This document shows, in pieces, positions 38,469 through 46,566 of a DNA stretch of 64,000 nt. Origin of the DNA: a virus. The position numbers were made by a program, and so were the translations under genes. The DNA lies in IMG/VR virus record IMGVR_UViG_3300013132_000031, positions 32,001 through 96,000 of that record. One strand, written 5' to 3'. Every line of letters begins with the position of its first letter. Within the stretch, counting starts at the first letter, position 1. The notes under the pieces are model-generated. The model saw only the letters and a list, made by a program, of their open reading frames with translations, was not told the origin of the DNA and did no database searches.

Positions 38469-39110
38469 TCAATATTTTTTCTTCATAAAATTTCTAATAC
38501 GCTCCACGTCATCCACTGTTTCTGTTGTGGTGGCTGATCCTGTGGAAGGCTTGGGCTCAGCAGGTGCTGCTATGGTGGGAGTGGTACTGGCTGTTGTGGC
38601 AGACCCTGTTGACGGCTTAGGTAGCTGTGCCGCAGGCGGAGCTGGCGGCGGGGTGGTTGATGGTATCATGGGCTTGCTTGGAGTCTGCAAAGGCTGTGCT
38701 GGTTGTGCCATTGGAGCTGGTTGTGCTGTTGGTCCGCGCTGCTGCGGAGTCAGCATCAACGTTGGCTGTATTGGTTGTGCCATCAGCCTGGGCTGTGCTG
38801 GTTGTGCTGTTGTAATAGGTTTCGTAGTGCCACCTATGCCAACTGCTGGCTGTGCTGGTTGTTGTGTTGGTTCTGGTTGTTGTGTTGGTTGTGGTGTTTG
38901 TCCAGGTGCTGGCTGTGCTGGTTGTTGTGTTGGTTCTGGTTGTTGTGTTGGTTGTGGTGTTTGTCCAGGTGCTGTATTGTTATCAGTTGCGGCATCTTGT
39001 GTAGCAGTGTCAGGTTGGTCTGACACGTCGTCGGTGGTAGTCCCCGGCATTACTGGGGGCTGGGCTTCGTTTATAATGTCAATGTATTTTCTAAAAAATC
39101 TTGGATCCAT
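38469..39110 (-). CDS. Pro/Gln/Thr-rich low-complexity protein, putative internal head protein
   Basis: MDPRFFRKYIDIINE-A start; own TAAATA at 39129-39134 and GGAG RBS. Confidence 0.6.
   Translation of the reverse strand: MDPRFFRKYIDIINEAQPPVMPGTTTDDVSDQPDTATQDAATDNNTAPGQTPQPTQQPEPTQQPAQPAPGQTPQPTQQPEPTQQPAQPAVGIGGTTKPITTAQPAQPRLMAQPIQPTLMLTPQQRGPTAQPAPMAQPAQPLQTPSKPMIPSTTPPPAPPAAQLPKPSTGSATTASTTPTIAAPAEPKPSTGSATTTETVDDVERIRNFMKKKY
38844..38974. repeat. Perfect 63-bp tandem duplication (PGQTPQPTQQPEPTQQPAQPA x2)
   Basis: Direct sequence comparison. Confidence 0.9.
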
Positions 39111-39161
39111 ATCCTGCTCCGACTCAGTTATTTAGCGGTACTGTTCAACAGTGGTAGCAAC

Positions 39162-39183
39162 AAAAAAGGGCCTTGCGGCCTTT
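39162..39183 (-). terminator. Intrinsic terminator (GCAA tetraloop)
   Basis: AAAGGCC-GCAA-GGCCC-TTTTTT on the - strand. Confidence 0.75.
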
Positions 39184-39208
39184 GGTATCTCGTTTTGGAG
39201 TTGAAGAT

Positions 39209-39763
39209 CTAGCCAATATACCAGTTTGTACCGTCTGACCATACTGGAACAACATTGGCACCACCACTGCCAATCTGCGCACCAAAGTTGCCTGCTGCTG
39301 CCAAGTTGCCATCTGACACAAAGGCACGACCGCCAGATACTGTTGCGAGGTTGGCCAAGGGCACAGCAGGTGTGACAACACCCGTGGCAGTAATGGTGCC
39401 TGTGGCAGAGATACTGCCAGCAGTTAGTAGATTAGTTGCTGAGTTGAAGAACAAATCCACGTCGGCTCTTACTTCTTGTGCTGCGGACCTATTTTCAACA
39501 AAAGTTAAATAATAGTTGGTGTCTATGCCATTGGTGTTGGTCACATCAATGGTCACAGCATTGACGTTGTTTGATGAGATTGCCGTCAATGCACCCAGAT
39601 TGTTGCCTATGTAAAGTGCAGGCGGATCTTGGGTCAAGTCTGCCACAATTTCGCCCGGTCTGGCATTGCCATTGTAGTTGGCCAACGTCTCTTGAGCGTT
39701 GTCCTTCATCACCGCGCGGCTGATGCCGGTGATCGAGTCGTAGGGGGGAGGTGGATTGGCCAT
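39209..39763 (-). CDS. Putative head decoration/fibre protein
   Basis: Downstream of the capsid gene; C-terminal PVWSDGTNWYIG; late promoter at 39771-39776. Confidence 0.55.
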   Translation of the reverse strand: MANPPPPYDSITGISRAVMKDNAQETLANYNGNARPGEIVADLTQDPPALYIGNNLGALTAISSNNVNAVTIDVTNTNGIDTNYYLTFVENRSAAQEVRADVDLFFNSATNLLTAGSISATGTITATGVVTPAVPLANLATVSGGRAFVSDGNLAAAGNFGAQIGSGGANVVPVWSDGTNWYIG

Positions 39764-39773
39764 GATTGTTTAT

Positions 39774-40532
39774 TTATTGTTTTTGGCTGCAGGCATCACC
39801 GTGTCTGTAGAACCAACCTTGAGCAATATCTCTGTTGCAGTGCGGGCAGTAGAGTTTTTGACGCTTTTGCCCAGTTTGTGACGCTACACGTCGAGCCAAC
39901 ACTTCAGGGTCAACTTTACGACCCTTCATTTTTTCACTGAGTTTTTGTTTTTGTTCTTCAGTCATGGGCACGCCTTTGTTGGAGGGCACCTTACCTTTGT
40001 TCGCTGCACCAATCTTGGCTGCTCGTTCTGGTGTACATCCTTTGCCGTACATTCCATTTCCAGCGCCAGATTTAAGCAACGACATTTGTTTCCTATATTC
40101 GTCACTTTGGTACACTGTAGATTTTTTAGGTTTCCCTTTTTGTGCATCTCTAATTTTTTGTTTATGCTCGTCGCTTTTAGGTTTATCTTTGTGGTAATCA
40201 CTAATCTTCTTACGACTTTCTTCAGTAGGCAGAATATAACCTGCAATATTGCCATTAAACCATTTTTTGCTTTCTAACACCTTGCATCTTTTCAACACAC
40301 GGGTTTCCCAATCAGTGGCTTGTTCTGCTGTTGCAAAAGTTTTTCGTACTTCCCACTCAAATGCTTCTAGCCCGTATTTTGCAATAAGATCATTTATATC
40401 TTTGCTACTAGTAAAATATTTGATCATTAGATCATCTTGTGGACTTATTCCAAGACGAACATTTTTAAATCTTGACCCGTAATAACATTGGCCAGTTGGT
40501 TTAAACTTGATTAGATATGTGTAAGGTTGCAT
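39774..40532 (-). mobile_element. Free-standing GIY-YIG homing endonuclease with NUMOD3 repeats (Seg-like)
   Basis: YTYLI..YYGSR, YFTSS, WE..VL, WFN catalytic head; repeated EESRKKIS / EHKQKIR / EEQKQKLS; looks more AT-rich than its flanks. Confidence 0.8.
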
Positions 40533-40599
40533 ATTGTTATTTAGTTTGACATTGCGATTTCACCTAATAACAATAACATTTTTAGATTTTTTTGTCAAC

Positions 40600-40622
40600 A
40601 AAAAACCCGCCGAAGCGGGTTT
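40600..40622 (-). terminator. Intrinsic terminator after major capsid (UUCG loop)
   Basis: AAACCCGC-TTCG-GCGGGTTTTTT on the - strand. Confidence 0.9.
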
Positions 40623-40650
40623 CTTGAACTTCCCATCCCTGGGTTGTATC

Positions 40651-41847
40651 TCAACTAAATGACAAATTGCTCACGGCTATCTCGCCGACATAGTCGCCCG
40701 CATTGCCGAAGCTAGATGCAGTGTTAGTGAGCTCGATGTACCCATAACGAGTCATAAAACTCACCACTGGTTCGAATGTTGTGGGATCAAGCACAACACC
40801 GCTGCTCATCAAAGGAATGTATGGGCAGTAGAATGCTGGTGCGTCAGCTTCTGAACTACCTTTGTAACCAACCAACACAGCTTGTGTGTCAGCAGCATAG
40901 CTGTCAACAAACACACGCATACTGCCGTTCAATGTACCAACAAACTTGGTGTTGGTAGGTGCTTCAAATGTACCTTCTGTAGTGCGAGCAAAAGCACTAG
41001 TTGTTGCACTTTGCAACACTGTCAGTGCAGCTGAACTAACCACAGCGTAGTTACCAGCGCCACGACGTGTGCGTTGAGCAATCAAGTTAGCCACACGGTT
41101 GACCAACACAGCCAGTGCGGCGTGTTCGTCACCAACAAATGTTGCTGTACCACTAACGGTAGCTTGGTTGTATGTGAACTCAGTAGCTGCCAGTGAACGC
41201 AAGCTCAAGAGAATCTCTTGGTCGATTTCAGCGGTAATTTCTTGAGCCAATGCTGCCATGATTTCTGCTTCAACGTCAATACCATGCATGGCTTGTGCGT
41301 CTTGTGCAGATTCAAATGTCCAGCGAGCTTGCAACTTACGTGTGCGAGCTTCAACAGCTTGTTTCAGGATCTGAACGCTAATTTGCTTACCGCCAGTGCC
41401 TTCCATGGTAGCTGTGTTGCCACCAGTGTAGCTAGATGCGCTAGCTGTTCCGCTAGGAACAGTAGAATATGCCTGAGCAATTTTGAATGGACTCAATGCT
41501 TCTTCACCAGCTGCAACAGAAGTAGCGGCTGCACTGTTGTCTGTCAAGCTGTTGGCATACCGCACACGCAGGGTGTGGATTTGACCAACAGGACCTGTCA
41601 TGGGCTGAACGCCAACCAACTCGTTAGCAATAACGGTGGGCATAACACGACGGATCACTGGCAGAATCACACGGTTAAGTGTGGCAATGTTGCCAGCAGC
41701 AGTTGAACCTGCTGTTGCATTCTCTTTCAAGTAGCGACGGGTATTTTCTAAGATTACCCCCATGCTGTTGCGCTTGGAACCGCCAAGACCTTCAAGCAAT
41801 GCTTCTTTGGTCTCGCCCCAGCGACTTTCTAATAGTTCTTGTGACAT
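40651..41847 (-). CDS. gp23: Major capsid protein
   Basis: RRVMPTVIANELVGVQPMTGP, RKLQARWTFE..QD..HGID.E, EIDQEI, FYCPYIPL, FMTRYG. Confidence 0.97.
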   Translation of the reverse strand: MSQELLESRWGETKEALLEGLGGSKRNSMGVILENTRRYLKENATAGSTAAGNIATLNRVILPVIRRVMPTVIANELVGVQPMTGPVGQIHTLRVRYANSLTDNSAAATSVAAGEEALSPFKIAQAYSTVPSGTASASSYTGGNTATMEGTGGKQISVQILKQAVEARTRKLQARWTFESAQDAQAMHGIDVEAEIMAALAQEITAEIDQEILLSLRSLAATEFTYNQATVSGTATFVGDEHAALAVLVNRVANLIAQRTRRGAGNYAVVSSAALTVLQSATTSAFARTTEGTFEAPTNTKFVGTLNGSMRVFVDSYAADTQAVLVGYKGSSEADAPAFYCPYIPLMSSGVVLDPTTFEPVVSFMTRYGYIELTNTASSFGNAGDYVGEIAVSNLSFS

Positions 41848-41864
41848 TTTTAGTCTCCTGTTAA

Positions 41865-42959
41865 TTATAGACCTGCCAGTCGCTTGAGGTCAATCACGTT
41901 GCTTTTCGCATCGTTGTATTCCTGCTGACTCGGTACAGTTTTATCGCCCGTTACTGCTGTGACTTGTTCTGAAATTACTTTGCGGGCTTTTACAGATCTG
42001 TCTTCCAACACTGCTGGTAGATACTTTTCAAAAGCATTTTTCAAACGGTTTGTTTGAACGCTTTCAAGTAAATTACGCATGACTTCTTGCTTTTCCCGGT
42101 TTAAGGGACGTAGCAATTCATCCATTGTGCTTTGACGCTCATTGGACTCACGGATCATGTATAACTCACGCTCTTTTGACTCAATCAAAACTTTTGCATT
42201 TTGAGAAAGTTTAATGGCTTCCGCCAACTTACGGTCTTTGTGGCTCAGCAAGTCATAAAGTTTGCGTACTTCTGCCTTCTCATTGAGATGAGTAGCACCA
42301 AATTCTGTTGCATAAGCTTCAAAGATTCTGCGACCAAAATTGTTCTCGCGAGCAATTTTGATATCTTCATGTAGCTGATTTAACTCAGACTTTAGATGAC
42401 TGCTAACAGCTTGACTCATTTTACTTGCACTTTCTTTGATGAAACGTGCTTTCAATTGTTCAAGTTTGCCACGTGCTTCACGAACCAGACGCACTTTTGT
42501 TTCTACAACATCGCGTTTGTCTTTTGCAAATTCAGTGATTTCACGGGCCAATGCTTGTACCACAAAGTTTTCCAACTTGGCAACACCTTCGGTATGCATT
42601 TTACGGTCACGGCGCAATTCGCCGATTTCTTCTGCCAATTTGGTTACTAAAAAGCCGTTAAACTTGGTAGCACTTTCTTTCATCTTGGTTTGGAAACGCA
42701 CACGATCTTCCGCCAGTGCTTGCTTTTCAGCAGCCACTTGCGCAATTTCTGTACTGAGACCTTCTGTTATCATTTTATCTAGAGCTTCTACCATTACTGT
42801 CTTGTCATGCTCGTAGCGTTGTGCAAACTCTTCTCTGAGTTCCGCACGTACCTGTTCACGGGCTTCGTTTAGTTTTCCTTCCCAAGCTTCGTTGAGTTCT
42901 TGACTAACGTCTTCGTTAATTAGGCCACTATCAAGCAGGGGTTTAATTGCATCAAACAT
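41865..42959 (-). CDS. gp22: Prohead core scaffold protein
   Basis: Coiled-coil E/K-rich protein between protease and capsid genes. Confidence 0.85.
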   Translation of the reverse strand: MFDAIKPLLDSGLINEDVSQELNEAWEGKLNEAREQVRAELREEFAQRYEHDKTVMVEALDKMITEGLSTEIAQVAAEKQALAEDRVRFQTKMKESATKFNGFLVTKLAEEIGELRRDRKMHTEGVAKLENFVVQALAREITEFAKDKRDVVETKVRLVREARGKLEQLKARFIKESASKMSQAVSSHLKSELNQLHEDIKIARENNFGRRIFEAYATEFGATHLNEKAEVRKLYDLLSHKDRKLAEAIKLSQNAKVLIESKERELYMIRESNERQSTMDELLRPLNREKQEVMRNLLESVQTNRLKNAFEKYLPAVLEDRSVKARKVISEQVTAVTGDKTVPSQQEYNDAKSNVIDLKRLAGL

Positions 42960-42971
42960 GCCTGGTTCTCC

Positions 42972-43610
42972 TTAGATTTTGAGATCCCGAATGAGTCTTT
43001 TAACTTCATTCTTAAGGTATCTCTGCACTTTGTCGCTCTCGCCAGATTCCCTTGCCATCTCCAAGATTTTATGACCGTGCTTCATGTTCATGAGGCCTTC
43101 ATAAATTGCTGTTGGATATGCATTGGGTGCGCTGGGTTGTGCAACCACATCTATAGTGACAATTTCAAAGTCACTTACATGTCCTGTTCTGTCGTCTACG
43201 TTGCCGCTACCACGACTGCTGACACCAAGTTTTACATCTGATGTCAACAGGGTCTTGATCAACTCGCCCATGGGAGTTGGCAGGATCTTCAACTTGCCGC
43301 AACCGGCATGCCCGTCCATCCACATGCCTTCCACAGTGTGGCACACACGATCTAAATTGATTTTTAAATCATCTGGATGGTCCACTTCACCTAAAACTGA
43401 GTTACCGCCACGGATCTGTTCGTTGATGGTTTCAACTGCCTTGATAATTTCATGTCGCGGATAGATACGTTCATTTGCATTCTTCTTGTCGCCTTCAATA
43501 CAAATGCCTTTGAGGTAGAGATGTTTTTTACCGGCCATATCCGACTCTTCTAAGACTTGGATATTGGCCTGGCGAAAAGTTAAATCTTCTCTTAGGTATC
43601 TAGATGACAT
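42972..43610 (-). CDS. gp21: Prohead protease
   Basis: NANERIYP, LGEVDHP, ILPTPMG, LGVSSRGSG, DVVAQPSAPNA. Confidence 0.95.
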   Translation of the reverse strand: MSSRYLREDLTFRQANIQVLEESDMAGKKHLYLKGICIEGDKKNANERIYPRHEIIKAVETINEQIRGGNSVLGEVDHPDDLKINLDRVCHTVEGMWMDGHAGCGKLKILPTPMGELIKTLLTSDVKLGVSSRGSGNVDDRTGHVSDFEIVTIDVVAQPSAPNAYPTAIYEGLMNMKHGHKILEMARESGESDKVQRYLKNEVKRLIRDLKI

Positions 43611-43614
43611 CTAA

Positions 43615-44442
43615 TTAACCCTTACGTCCGCCGGGAAGTGGGCTCTTGTTATTTTGACCTTCGCTGCCGGCGCCCATTTTAGGCTTTGGTGCTGCTGAAG
43701 GCTTTTGTGTGCCTTGTGCAGGTGTGTTACCAACTTTTCCTATCAAGTCTTTTGTGTTGTTGCTGTAAGCGCCAGATGCGTCATGACGTCCACCTTCACC
43801 TGCACCAGTGTGTACTGGACGGCTGGCCATGCCTGCTTGTCCGCTGTTGGCTGCATAGGTAGACTTCTTGTTTACGCCGCCTTCTTCACTGGTAACTGGC
43901 TTTGGGGCTGCTTTTAATGTAACAGCTTCCATCATGCCCATTTCTTCAGTGTCGTCCATTTCAATAGCGTCACCACCTTCGTCAGGACCAAAGTCATCGC
44001 CGTCGCCCATGAGGTCTTCAAACTCGGCCATTAGTTGGTCCAGTTTGTCTTCTAAATTCATGATGTCGTCTTTGGTAGCTGGCTCATCGCCGCTGTCTTT
44101 GTCGTTGCCCATGCTAAATTCTTCTTCGCCGTCGTCCATGGACATGTCCATTTCTTCGTTGTCGTCTTCGCCTTCCATGTTCATGTCAGACTCTTCTTCC
44201 ATTTCCACGTCGTCGATCAGGTCGTCAGCAGCGTCACCGCCCATCATGCCTTCTTCAATTTCTTCGTCGGCTGCTTCTTCAAGCTCTTCGTCAGCTTCTT
44301 CAAGCTCTTCGTCAGCTTCTTCAGCCATTAGATCTTCATAAATCTGGCGGCTTTTTTCTACCACGATGTCATGGAAAAGCTCGCGAGCTTTGGCTTCTTC
44401 ATCATTGATCACGTATTCGATCAATTGTTCAAATTTGTTCAT
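43615..44442 (-). CDS. Acidic prohead core protein (gp67-like)
   Basis: Extremely D/E-rich; located between portal and protease. Confidence 0.65.
   Translation of the reverse strand: MNKFEQLIEYVINDEEAKARELFHDIVVEKSRQIYEDLMAEEADEELEEADEELEEAADEEIEEGMMGGDAADDLIDDVEMEEESDMNMEGEDDNEEMDMSMDDGEEEFSMGNDKDSGDEPATKDDIMNLEDKLDQLMAEFEDLMGDGDDFGPDEGGDAIEMDDTEEMGMMEAVTLKAAPKPVTSEEGGVNKKSTYAANSGQAGMASRPVHTGAGEGGRHDASGAYSNNTKDLIGKVGNTPAQGTQKPSAAPKPKMGAGSEGQNNKSPLPGGRKG
44273..44323. repeat. 21-bp tandem repeat (EEADEEL x2+)
   Basis: GCTTCTTCAAGCTCTTCGTCA repeated. Confidence 0.8.
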
Positions 44443-44550
44443 ATGGAAAACTCCTATAGGTAAAGTGTGCTGTTATTTACAACAATGCCTAAAAACTAGC
44501 TGTTTAAGGAGTGAAAAACACCAATAAATGTAAACTTTATGACAAAAAGT

Positions 44551-44772
44551 TTATGCTACTGGTGCAACTGGTGCTGGTGCGTATTGCTTGCGAACATTTT
44601 TGAGTTTTTCTTTGTACTCATATGCTCGAACATCATTCATTCTTCTCAGTTTGTTGAGCTGTCTCAATGTGAGACGTGTTTTACGAAGATCGCTGGCAGT
44701 GGGCTGGCTGTTGTCTTGGCTCAGGTCCTGATAGGCAGCTGGTGCTTTTTCGTAAATTTCATTGAGAATCAT
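44551..44772 (-). CDS. Small basic prohead core protein (gp68-like position)
   Basis: MILNE start, RKTRLTLRQLNKLR, late promoter at 44778-44783. Confidence 0.6.
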   Translation of the reverse strand: MILNEIYEKAPAAYQDLSQDNSQPTASDLRKTRLTLRQLNKLRRMNDVRAYEYKEKLKNVRKQYAPAPVAPVA

Positions 44773-44780
44773 ACTGGTAT

Positions 44781-46550
44781 TTATGCAGGCGGGGCAGGAG
44801 GAGCTGCAGTGGGGGCTCCTGGAGGCGTTGCTCCAACCGCAGCAGATCCAACACCGTTGGGTCCCATGTCTGCCATGGCTTCGCCAGTCTCGATGTCGCT
44901 TTCCAAGGCTGACGGAGTAATGCCCACAGATCTCAAGTCTTGTCCAGCATTGGTCTGCATGTCAACGTTATCACGTTCTTCCAGCCACATTTCTTCATTT
45001 TGTTTGATTTCTTCGTCGGTCAAGCCCAAGAAACGTTCCAGCATGAATCTCTTGCTCATGTAAGGCAACGCTTCCAAACTGGTAAATGCTGTGATACGAG
45101 TGTTGTCCAGTTCGCTTTGACGATAGCTGGCAAAGTTTTGAGGTGCATTAAATATTATGTCAAACAAACTGGAGTCAAGATTAAATCCGCGCCATTTCAA
45201 GAACATTTTGAATTCATCATCCAATTTCTGTGCTATCAGCTTTTGCAGGCGTTCACAGTACTGATTGAATCTGTATTCTTGAATCAGTGCTGTGCCCACT
45301 TTACCGTCGTTCAACACAGCAGATGAATCGTCAGGACCAGTGGGCAAGTAGCTACTAGGCACACGCAAACCACGGGCCATTTTGTTGTTGAAATATTTTA
45401 AATCGTCGATTTCGCCTAGATTTTTTCCGCCTTCCAGTGTGCTTACATCGCTGCCACGGCCTTCGGCTGTGACTGGAAAAAAGTAGTCTTCGTTGATGCT
45501 GAGTGGGTTGTAAGATGCATCCATCATGTTGTTGCCGCCACCGTTCATGGTGGGGATTCGCCGCTGATGCATTTCGTTTTTCACACGTTCCACAAAGGCC
45601 ATGGCCAAGTGGCTGGGCATGTTGCCCACGTCAATTTTGAAGATTCTGCGCTCTGGAGCACGGCTCACACGATAGATCAAGATAGCATCCTCCAGCAGTT
45701 CTTTTTGTTTGAACACTTTGTAGATCATTTCCAGCACTGATCTTCCAAATGGCCAGAAAACATCCAGGCCTTCGTTTAGACTAATGTGTACCACGTGCTT
45801 GGCATCCAAACAAACTTCGTTCATGGCAGTCATAAAACGACTGTTGCCCACACCACCTCCGGTGCCGCCATTGGGCATGGTGTAGTTGGCATTGCCTGAT
45901 ATGGTGCCTGTCACCGGGTTGGTCATGTAGTCTGTGGTGGTCTTGGCTGCCACAGTCATGTTTTGGAAATTGGGGTTGATGTCACGAATCACATACTGTT
46001 CAGGACGCTTGCCTTCTGATTCGTTCACAATCACACGAGCCACTTTGCTCATGTCCACCCACATCATTTCAAATGTTTCTGGGTCACGCACAAACACTTG
46101 ATCACCGTACTTGATGGTGTTGCGGAACAGTTTGAATATGCGCTGATCCAACTTGTTCAGCTTGACCCACTGTTTCAACTGTTTCTTAACAATGTCAATT
46201 TCGTTGTCTGTGGGTTTGTCACTCCAGCTGATGTCAAATGGTGTGCCATTTTGTTCGTTCATCTGTGTGGAAAACTCAGCAATGATATCCAAACAAGCAT
46301 TGATTTCACTGTCCATGTCCATGTTTTCGTACTGATTGTAGCGTTCAATACGATTGGGGTGACCACTGTAAACTTCGGGCAGTCTTGATGCATAGTTGCG
46401 GAACACAAAATCAGCTGAATTTTCACCATCATTGTTGCGACCGTATCCGGGCAAGCCCAGTTGATTACGACCCGATATAGGGCTCATCACCCCTGACGTG
46501 TCTGCAACTTTGAAGTATTTTTTCCAGCCTTGTGAATTTTTATCTGCCAT
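44781..46550 (-). CDS. gp20: Portal protein
   Basis: LLEDAILIYRVSRAPERRIFKIDVGNMP, EDYFFP..GRGSDVSTL.GG.NLGEIDD.KYF..LRVP. Confidence 0.97.
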   Translation of the reverse strand: MADKNSQGWKKYFKVADTSGVMSPISGRNQLGLPGYGRNNDGENSADFVFRNYASRLPEVYSGHPNRIERYNQYENMDMDSEINACLDIIAEFSTQMNEQNGTPFDISWSDKPTDNEIDIVKKQLKQWVKLNKLDQRIFKLFRNTIKYGDQVFVRDPETFEMMWVDMSKVARVIVNESEGKRPEQYVIRDINPNFQNMTVAAKTTTDYMTNPVTGTISGNANYTMPNGGTGGGVGNSRFMTAMNEVCLDAKHVVHISLNEGLDVFWPFGRSVLEMIYKVFKQKELLEDAILIYRVSRAPERRIFKIDVGNMPSHLAMAFVERVKNEMHQRRIPTMNGGGNNMMDASYNPLSINEDYFFPVTAEGRGSDVSTLEGGKNLGEIDDLKYFNNKMARGLRVPSSYLPTGPDDSSAVLNDGKVGTALIQEYRFNQYCERLQKLIAQKLDDEFKMFLKWRGFNLDSSLFDIIFNAPQNFASYRQSELDNTRITAFTSLEALPYMSKRFMLERFLGLTDEEIKQNEEMWLEERDNVDMQTNAGQDLRSVGITPSALESDIETGEAMADMGPNGVGSAAVGATPPGAPTAAPPAPPA

Positions 46551-46566
46551 AGTGTGTTATTTATTG

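Noticed and set aside
38458-39135. Cys/Gly-rich and Cys/Trp-rich + strand ORFs resembling metallothionein or RiPP precursors
   Set aside because: They are reverse-complement readings of the CAA/CCA-rich PQ gene, which has the promoter and RBS.
40651-46550. Inteins or introns in portal, protease or capsid genes
   Set aside because: Motifs are contiguous, lengths are ordinary, and no intein splice-junction motifs were seen.
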